Shown in pieces: positions 57,178 through 64,000 of a stretch of DNA of 64,000 nt. The notes under the pieces were generated by a model that saw only the letters and a list, made by a program, of their open reading frames with translations, made no database searches and was not told where the DNA came from. Made by a program: the position numbers and the translations under genes. The stretch lies in IMG/VR virus record IMGVR_UViG_3300032050_010539. The stretch is one strand, 5' to 3'. Source of the DNA: a virus. Position 1 is the stretch's first letter, and every line of letters starts with the position of its first letter.

Positions 57178-57810
57178 ATGACTACATTAGTACTGACCAT
57201 CCTAAGTCCTTTTGACTATGAGTTCGGGGGCAAAAGTCGCGCTTACTTCACAGGAGATAGACCTCACTTTGACCTTAATGATGTACAGGCGAAAGAGGAG
57301 CTCAAGTTTCTAGTTAGCCCGCAGTCTATTCATCTGGATTACTTCTATCTCGATGAGTATCAACAGGGCTATAAGGAATTAATGGATGAAGTAAACCGCG
57401 AGGGCGCTAACTACGATTACATTGAAGGCGAGGTTACCCACGGCGTCTCTACTCAAGAAGAGAGTGTTATCAGTTACGAAGTATATGATATCCCGGTGGG
57501 TTTACCGGGAGAGCCTCTAGTACCTATTGAAGAGAAGGCTCCTGAGTTAGGAGAGTCTGGTATGCCTCCCGTAGAGCCTGAGATTTACGATGAGGATGAT
57601 GACGAGACTACGGTATTCCTGACAGCAGATGGAAAGGAAATTGAGGTTAGCACCGTTAATAGCCCTACCTTCATTAATGCTGCTAATTTAGATAGACGAG
57701 CCCAATTAGAAAAACTGACATCTGACAAAATCAAGGATATAGCTGTAGAAAAGGGTATTCGTTTCATAGGTAAGGCGCGTACTATTGATGCTCTAATGAA
57801 CCTTGAGTAA
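57178..57810 (+). CDS. acidic head-module protein with C-terminal HeH/Rho-N-like motif
   Basis: LEKLTSDKIKDIA.EKGI....KARTIDAL. Confidence 0.65.
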   Translation: MTTLVLTILSPFDYEFGGKSRAYFTGDRPHFDLNDVQAKEELKFLVSPQSIHLDYFYLDEYQQGYKELMDEVNREGANYDYIEGEVTHGVSTQEESVISYEVYDIPVGLPGEPLVPIEEKAPELGESGMPPVEPEIYDEDDDETTVFLTADGKEIEVSTVNSPTFINAANLDRRAQLEKLTSDKIKDIAVEKGIRFIGKARTIDALMNLE

Positions 57811-57822
57811 CCGGAGGTTACA

Positions 57823-59700
57823 TTGAACAGTTTTGGCCAGAGTGGTCCCATCCGCACCTATATAGAGACTAACCGCGAGGCATTCCTTGATATGGTAGTC
57901 TCTCACAGTGTTCTATTATCAGCCTATAGACGACGGCAGGATGAGGTAGTGGCTGTAGCGCTGCAACAGGCCTATCCGCGCATGGGCTTGATACTGAGCG
58001 CAGCCCGCGCTCTGGATAACACGTATCTATTCGGCGATACATATCCCATAGTATTCCAGCGAGTAGTCGAGATACTCAGCGATTCTAGCGGCCCATTCCA
58101 AGAGGGTCTACTGGCCATAGCAGCTACTCTCACTGCTAGTCGTCTAATAGCCTCCATTCCTATTGATGCTAATGTTAAGAATATAACGCTAGCGGAGAAT
58201 TTAGAGAAGGCGGCTATAACCGATCTAGAGCGTATCATAACTCTCTATAAGGATGGTTTAGTATCAGGAGACGGGGCACGTGAGCTAGATACTGATAAGG
58301 AGCGTACTCTCTACTTTGCACTTAACCTCAACCTAGACTCACTATCCTATACTGACTTCACATCTATCAATCTAGATACGAGCCGGCCCAACTCACCAGT
58401 ACGACAGTTAGAGACACTACATATAGATAGCGATAACTATAGCTATGTATATCTCTACTTATCTAATAAAACGGGCCCCACCGATGGATACGTAGTAAGT
58501 AACTCTAGTGCAGTAGAAGTCATAGTGCCTATGGTAGATGGCTATACTATTCACGACGTCATATCTAGTGTTACTATGGCTATTAATAATGCTACGCTAG
58601 GCGCACTAGACTGCACCAACCTATTGGTGGGCCCTAATAGTAAGAGGCCCCGCTCTGTGCAACTAGACATAGATAGTAAGAGTTATTTCCCGAATGAATT
58701 ACCTAAGCGCACGAGGGCCTCTGTATGGTTCGAGACGGTAGGTATGAGCCTGGGAGTACGGCGCCACGATGCTACTATTGGTAAAGAGCTGGTGATAATG
58801 TCGGCCCATACTATAGCGCTAAGCGCTATATTACCAGGCTATCTAGGCGGGTGGACCGCAGGCTCTACATACGCTATTGGTAATGTAGTCAGATATAATG
58901 GCCTATTCTACCGAGCGCTAGTAGCAGGTCTAAATACAGCTCCTCCCAGTGCACAGTGGGAAGTTGTTACTATAACACCTGCCACGGCTATAACGGCCCG
59001 TACCTCTAGTGAGTATCACATCCCAGGGCTACTCCATAGTACGGGACCCGACTTTAGTTCTATGGGGGAATGGGGGAGTCGTTCTCTTATACTCGAGGTC
59101 AAGGAGGGCAATTATAAGGCTATGGAGCCCACACCGACTACCGATTATGAGCTCAATACGTTTTACTTCAGAACTACGGGCCCCTTAGAAGGAACCGTAC
59201 GGCTTCGTATTAGTAGTAGTCAGCCTACGGAAGAAAGTTATACATTCTTAGATACGGACGATACATTACTCATAGAGGTAAATGGTTTAACACCTATGGC
59301 ACTAGTAGAGTCTCTACTACAGGCTACATACTCTATAAGCCCTTACACTGGGGTACTAGGCGCTATACATATTGATAGAGATGGCGTGCCGGGCATAACC
59401 TTCACGTCTTTCAGAGAGTCAGCTCTTGAGATAAGAGAGATAATCGATCTACTAGCAGGAGATGATGGCTTCCCTAGCAAACTCGAGGTAGGAGTAGGGG
59501 ATGAGGTAGCCAATAGATCAGCTTATACAACAAACCCCCGCTCTCTAATTATAATGGCTAAGAAGCAGGATAACTTGAATGAGAATAGGGCCGCCATACT
59601 AGACCCTAATAAGAAGAGCGGTAAGGTAGTTAGAGTAACTACAGGAGATATGAGCCCGCGCCTCCAGGATGTATTTGACCGTCTCAGGAGACTAAAATGA
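57823..59700 (+). CDS. virion protein (head-tail connector-like N-terminus) with a CBM5/12-like module
   Basis: WTAGSTYAIGNVVRYNGLFYRAL...PPSAQW; position in the neck module. Confidence 0.65.
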   Translation: MNSFGQSGPIRTYIETNREAFLDMVVSHSVLLSAYRRRQDEVVAVALQQAYPRMGLILSAARALDNTYLFGDTYPIVFQRVVEILSDSSGPFQEGLLAIAATLTASRLIASIPIDANVKNITLAENLEKAAITDLERIITLYKDGLVSGDGARELDTDKERTLYFALNLNLDSLSYTDFTSINLDTSRPNSPVRQLETLHIDSDNYSYVYLYLSNKTGPTDGYVVSNSSAVEVIVPMVDGYTIHDVISSVTMAINNATLGALDCTNLLVGPNSKRPRSVQLDIDSKSYFPNELPKRTRASVWFETVGMSLGVRRHDATIGKELVIMSAHTIALSAILPGYLGGWTAGSTYAIGNVVRYNGLFYRALVAGLNTAPPSAQWEVVTITPATAITARTSSEYHIPGLLHSTGPDFSSMGEWGSRSLILEVKEGNYKAMEPTPTTDYELNTFYFRTTGPLEGTVRLRISSSQPTEESYTFLDTDDTLLIEVNGLTPMALVESLLQATYSISPYTGVLGAIHIDRDGVPGITFTSFRESALEIREIIDLLAGDDGFPSKLEVGVGDEVANRSAYTTNPRSLIIMAKKQDNLNENRAAILDPNKKSGKVVRVTTGDMSPRLQDVFDRLRRLK

Positions 59701-60395
59701 CAGATCTCAGGATAGAGAACTCACTATACGACATCAGCCGTCGTCTATTCACATATTTATCTAATCACCCTCTACTCTACTACCCATTAGTAAAGCACCC
59801 TGTCACTGGAGACGTAGTGAATATAGAGTACTGGAGACAGGCAGCGGGACTAGCTACACAGCCGGGCCTCATTTGTTCTATATTCCCTAATAACGAATCG
59901 GAGACTAGCACCCCTCATAGCTCTATAGGTTATGAGGTTAGTAGTGTATATAAACCCCATACTATGGGAGGAATGGGGGGCTATGAACAGGCCTGCTTTA
60001 ACTTCATAATACGGTTCTCTATGCAAGAGGTTAGCTTCGATGATCTTGATATAGAAGAGTGTCCTATACTTATAACTGATAATTTAGAGCCGCGCCTGCA
60101 AGAACCCATAGTATCTACTGCTAGGCTGGCTATTAGTCCTCCACTAGCTATTATCAGTAACTACATGGAGCTAACGCGCCTTGCATTATACGATAATGAA
60201 CACAGCGTAGCGCTACCAGGCGATAATATACAGGTATTGAGTAGTAATTACTCAACTAGTAAATGGGAGGACAGTGGTAACGTTTACTTTCATCAGGGTA
60301 GTCTATTAATAGCTCTAGATAGTTACGTCAGCAAGGGCTGGCGGGATAGATTAAGACAACCCCTAGAGAGATTTATCATATTAGGTCCTACTTGA
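59697..60395 (+). CDS. putative tail terminator/neck protein
   Basis: position directly before the sheath gene. Confidence 0.55.
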   Translation: MTDLRIENSLYDISRRLFTYLSNHPLLYYPLVKHPVTGDVVNIEYWRQAAGLATQPGLICSIFPNNESETSTPHSSIGYEVSSVYKPHTMGGMGGYEQACFNFIIRFSMQEVSFDDLDIEECPILITDNLEPRLQEPIVSTARLAISPPLAIISNYMELTRLALYDNEHSVALPGDNIQVLSSNYSTSKWEDSGNVYFHQGSLLIALDSYVSKGWRDRLRQPLERFIILGPT

Positions 60396-60446
60396 GTCTA
60401 TCTAATAACTGATAAGACTACTAAGTCCCTATGGATATATAGATAA

Positions 60447-62771
60447 ATGGCTCGCGCCCCCTTTATAGAATTTCAAGATAGCAATGTAGGTTTAGCCTTG
60501 CCGCGGCCGAACGTATTGAATCGGATTGCCATCATAGACCGATTTAATCGAGGGCCGGCTAACCTCCTGACCTACATTGGTAACTTCTCAGACTTTGCGA
60601 ATCGCTATGGCTCCGACACTAGTCCAGGTTCATTACAATACCAGGTTGTATATGATCAATTCACTAATCCAGATGATGCTAACATTGCCCTAGTACGAGT
60701 TACTGGTCGGGGCCGCCCTGCTTCTGCGTCCCTCACATTCTCTGGTGTAGCGGGAGTTAATAACACTCTCAATATCCACACCAATTTCGTGGGAGAGGTC
60801 ATTGCTCGCGAGGATGGAGCCGCTGATATAGTGTGGCCTATGCTCACTAATACTACCGTAGCGCCTGTAGTCAATAATAAAGAAACGGTAACTGCAGAGG
60901 GCCCGTATACTGGTTCTACCAGTGGCCGATACTTCCTTCGTGTTGATGATGTCGATGCTGGTGTAGCTACTATTAAATGGCAGTTTGTACCACTGGGTCA
61001 GAATCCACTTAACTGGGCGGCTGTCACTACGGATATTGATGTTAATATCGCTGCTGGTGTAGATAGTTCTAGTAACATTCTCATTTCACTAATTAGTAGT
61101 AACATCAGAGTTCGCTTCGGCACTGTAGCCGGTGCGGCCCTCAATCTAGTAGAAGGTAATAGCTGGAGTATTAGAGTTAATAAATATGTAGTCCCTGTGC
61201 CTATCTCTAGTGGCGACCTACCTAACCAGATTGTCACTAGTCTGATCAGTGCCTCTGTAGGTGTGGAGCCTTTTGGTGAGATTACTCGTAATGTTGAGGA
61301 CAACGGAGTAGTCATTCAATTAGAGCCCTCCCTCACTGGTTCTATCAGCAATCGCTTCTCGTTCTACGTAACGACAAACGATAACACTGCTAATAGAGGT
61401 TTTACCGCTAGTCCTGCATTAGTCACTACTATTCCGGATCCCGTTACTCATTTCACTTCGTTCCAGGGCGGATTGGATGGTCCTCGTAGTGCATTCCGTG
61501 ATTTCTATACCTTCAATGGTACCCCTCTCCTACGCCTCCAAGCAGTCAGTGAGGGTAGCTGGGGTAATCAAGTTACGGTTAGTATCTATCCTGTGAGTAA
61601 TAGCGAGTTTCGCCTTACTGTACGAGACCTAAGTGGTAGTGCCTTCGACCCACCTCTCGCTGATGAAGTTTACACTGTTAAGCTGGAGGATACAAACGAA
61701 TCAGGTGAATTAAATGCACTCCTCGATTCGAAGTTTATCCGAGGCTTCTTCTTACCTAAGTCCATCGACTCGATTAATTACGACGCCGCTCTAGTACGTC
61801 AGTCACCGCTGAGAGTAGCCCCGCCCGACGAGAGTGAGACTGATGTTGAGAACCCTACCCACGTGGATTTCTATGGTCCTAATGTGTTAGTGAATGTGAC
61901 ACTAGAGAATGGCTACGACGGGCCTCCTGTAACTAATGATGACTATGTCAGCATCATCCGTACTCTAGAGAACCAACCTGTGCATATTCTTCTAGTGGGC
62001 ACTACTAACGTAGGTGTTCAGCAGGCTCTTATTACTGAAGCCGAACGTGCTCGTGATAGTGATGGCCTTCGTATTGCAGTATTAGCTGCTCCTCCGCGCA
62101 CTACCCCTTCTCTGGCCGCCAATATTACACGTGGATTCAACTCCACCCGTGCGGTTATGGTGGCAGGCTGGTTTACGTACGCTGGCCAACCTAATAGTAG
62201 TCGCTATGGTGTGCCTGGTGCTGCTGTTTACGCAGGTAAATTAGCTGCTATTGACTTCTTCGTCAGTCCCGCAGCGCGGTCTCTTGTCGGGCCCCTCTTT
62301 AACATCATAGAGTCTGATACGGATAACTATGCTAGCCGCAGCAATCAGGACATTTATTCAGCTGCGCGGTTAGAGGTACTGACTCTGGATACAGTTGATC
62401 GTACCTACCGCTTTGCTAGTGGTGTTACACTATCTACTGATCCTGCATGGGAGCGTATATACTTACGCCGGGCTCACGACGTTGTTAGGCAAGGGGCGCA
62501 CGCTATCCTACGGAATTATGTGGCTATGCCTAATAGTCGTTTAGTCCGTAATCAGATAGCCGCCGCTCTTAATGCCTTTATGGGCGAGCTCAAGCGGAAT
62601 GGCAGCATTGTTAGCTTCCGGCCTGCCATTATCGATAGCAACAATAATAGCGCAGCGTCTTACTTTAGCCGCGAACTATACGTTAGTTTACAATTCCAGC
62701 CCCTTTATAGCGCGGATTATATCTACGTGACGATTAGCCGCGACACAGAATCCAGTCCCTTAGGCGAGTAA
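60447..62771 (+). CDS. contractile tail sheath protein (Ma-LMM01 gp091-like)
   Basis: RGPAN, FANRYG, EGSWGN, LENGYDG, IYLRRAHD, LYVSLQFQPLYSADYIYV; 774 aa. Confidence 0.95.
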   Translation: MARAPFIEFQDSNVGLALPRPNVLNRIAIIDRFNRGPANLLTYIGNFSDFANRYGSDTSPGSLQYQVVYDQFTNPDDANIALVRVTGRGRPASASLTFSGVAGVNNTLNIHTNFVGEVIAREDGAADIVWPMLTNTTVAPVVNNKETVTAEGPYTGSTSGRYFLRVDDVDAGVATIKWQFVPLGQNPLNWAAVTTDIDVNIAAGVDSSSNILISLISSNIRVRFGTVAGAALNLVEGNSWSIRVNKYVVPVPISSGDLPNQIVTSLISASVGVEPFGEITRNVEDNGVVIQLEPSLTGSISNRFSFYVTTNDNTANRGFTASPALVTTIPDPVTHFTSFQGGLDGPRSAFRDFYTFNGTPLLRLQAVSEGSWGNQVTVSIYPVSNSEFRLTVRDLSGSAFDPPLADEVYTVKLEDTNESGELNALLDSKFIRGFFLPKSIDSINYDAALVRQSPLRVAPPDESETDVENPTHVDFYGPNVLVNVTLENGYDGPPVTNDDYVSIIRTLENQPVHILLVGTTNVGVQQALITEAERARDSDGLRIAVLAAPPRTTPSLAANITRGFNSTRAVMVAGWFTYAGQPNSSRYGVPGAAVYAGKLAAIDFFVSPAARSLVGPLFNIIESDTDNYASRSNQDIYSAARLEVLTLDTVDRTYRFASGVTLSTDPAWERIYLRRAHDVVRQGAHAILRNYVAMPNSRLVRNQIAAALNAFMGELKRNGSIVSFRPAIIDSNNNSAASYFSRELYVSLQFQPLYSADYIYVTISRDTESSPLGE

Positions 62772-62775
62772 TATA

Positions 62776-63486
62776 ATGTCATCTAAAGATGCTCTTTTCC
62801 TCACTCCTGCTGTCAATAACTTTGGTCTCGATCCCTTTAGTGGGTTTGACTTCGAGGTCTGGGTTAATGACACTAGTAGCGGACAGATTGCCTGGTTCGG
62901 TAAGTTCCAGTCCCTGACGCTCAGTATTAGAAATTCAACTGAGACCTATTTAGAATTAGGCCAACGCGTACCTGTCTATCTAGACGGGGAATTTAACATC
63001 GCGTGGGTACTAGAACAAGGTTTAGTTGATGGTGAATTTATGGGCCGCACGTTCGGCACTAATGAAATTGGTCGTGATCAAGTACTAGGTCGGAGCCCCC
63101 GGTTCCAGATTACCTTCGATGCTAATGCAGCTGAGTTAGTATCTTCACCCCTAACTCGTAGTGGAACAGATAGCCGTAGATTAGGATCCCTTGACTTCTG
63201 GAATATCGATTCTAATGTCGATAACCAGAGTGGCATTGAGTTCCCTTCTAATAGTGCTGCTAGTCGTAATCGTAGGGCGAAATTCAGATATGAAATAACT
63301 AGATGCAAGGTAGATAACTACAGCGTCGGCTTCATGCCTGGTCGACGCGTACCTGCACAACGTTGGGAGGGTGTAGCTGAAGGTATTCGGTATATTCCTG
63401 AATCTGTTCAGCAGTTCAAAAACAATACTCGTCCTATATCTGTGGGAAGCTCTTCTTCATCGTTTGGGAATAGTATTACACAATAA
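62776..63486 (+). CDS. tail tube protein
   Basis: directly after the sheath; GKFQSLTLSI..ETYLELG, ITRCKVDNYS. Confidence 0.85.
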   Translation: MSSKDALFLTPAVNNFGLDPFSGFDFEVWVNDTSSGQIAWFGKFQSLTLSIRNSTETYLELGQRVPVYLDGEFNIAWVLEQGLVDGEFMGRTFGTNEIGRDQVLGRSPRFQITFDANAAELVSSPLTRSGTDSRRLGSLDFWNIDSNVDNQSGIEFPSNSAASRNRRAKFRYEITRCKVDNYSVGFMPGRRVPAQRWEGVAEGIRYIPESVQQFKNNTRPISVGSSSSSFGNSITQ

Positions 63487-63507
63487 TCCCACATTCTCTC
63501 CGCTCAT

Positions 63508-63537
63508 GGGACTCAGGATTTCCTGAGTCCCTTTTTT
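63508..63537 (+). terminator. intrinsic terminator
   Basis: GGGACTCAGG-ATTT-CCTGAGTCCC-TTTTTT. Confidence 0.9.
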
Positions 63538-63544
63538 ATTAATT

Positions 63545-64000
63545 ATGCGTCCTAAGACACCTGCTGCAGTAATAACGCTGGCCACAGCTGTTAGTGATAT
63601 ACAACCTATATTATTTGGCACTCAGATATGCGCTACTGATATAAACAAGAGTCGCTGGACTGTACGCGCCGTAGATGTTATAATCAATGCCGATAACTGG
63701 AATATAAATAGAGCTCGCGTAACGCTAACCGTACCAGATGCACCAGGATTACTACCAGCGCTACCTGATGTTAGTAAGTACAGGGGCGGGCGCTACCCCT
63801 ACCTCAGCGAGGAGGATGAGATTCGAATTTACATGGGGATGGTAGGGTCAGATAAGCAGGTACTGGATATCAGTAATCTATCTGATATACCATTTCCTAT
63901 ACCAGATACAGATATGAAACCGAAGGAGGGCGCTACTCTATTCCCTGTATTCTGGGGCTTCATTGAGAAGGTAGAGGTAACGGCTGATGCTAATACAGGT
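63545..64000 (+). CDS. 5' part of putative baseplate hub/tail protein
   Basis: ATG 63545 MRPKTPAAVIT..., later EIRIYMG and FWGFIEKVE; open to the window end. Confidence 0.6.
   Translation, partial: MRPKTPAAVITLATAVSDIQPILFGTQICATDINKSRWTVRAVDVIINADNWNINRARVTLTVPDAPGLLPALPDVSKYRGGRYPYLSEEDEIRIYMGMVGSDKQVLDISNLSDIPFPIPDTDMKPKEGATLFPVFWGFIEKVEVTADANTG

Noticed and set aside
1-64000. Complete DGR (reverse transcriptase, template repeat, Avd)
   Set aside because: I saw no ORF with RT motifs and no non-coding AAC-rich copy of the variable regions; the AAC run at ~28300 is the NNNND start of a gene

Overview
This is a 64-kb segment of a large cyanobacterial myovirus, very probably a Microcystis phage of the Ma-LMM01/MaMV-DC group. 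The assignment rests on a 774-aa tail sheath, two CAT-anticodon tRNAs and AT-rich host-like inserts. Layout: (i) 1-9.7 kb is an accessory mosaic with C-type-lectin-fold (FGE-sulfatase) genes carrying DGR-type variable regions and a tail-fibre/LamG cassette. (ii) 9.7-13.5 kb is a coding-poor RNA/regulatory island with two tRNAs, near-perfect sigma70 promoters, a ~400-nt structured RNA candidate and a solitary type I-D-like CRISPR repeat (a second lies at ~9.0 kb). (iii) 14-33.5 kb holds minus-strand early/middle genes. (iv) 33.8-39.9 kb holds endolysins, a PAAR gene and hypothetical genes. (v) 39.9-50.6 kb is one giant gene. (vi) 50.7-64 kb is the head and tail module. The strongest candidate for an undescribed system is a phage-encoded transcription apparatus made of two single-chain double-psi-barrel RNA polymerases. 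One is a 1698-aa zincin-fused protein with DADGD. The other is a ~3.5k-aa PLD-fused, probably virion-packaged protein with DFDGD, next to a -1 frameshifting tail chaperone. Eleven copies of a hairpin+TTTTCCTTCTAGTG element accompany them, ten at near-fixed distance before early genes. The phage also appears to carry a layered anti-CRISPR kit: an AcrIII-1 ring nuclease, a possible second ring nuclease and two Racr-like solitary repeats. It has three DGR target genes with no RT or TR in the window. All family calls come from motif recognition by eye; no searches were run.
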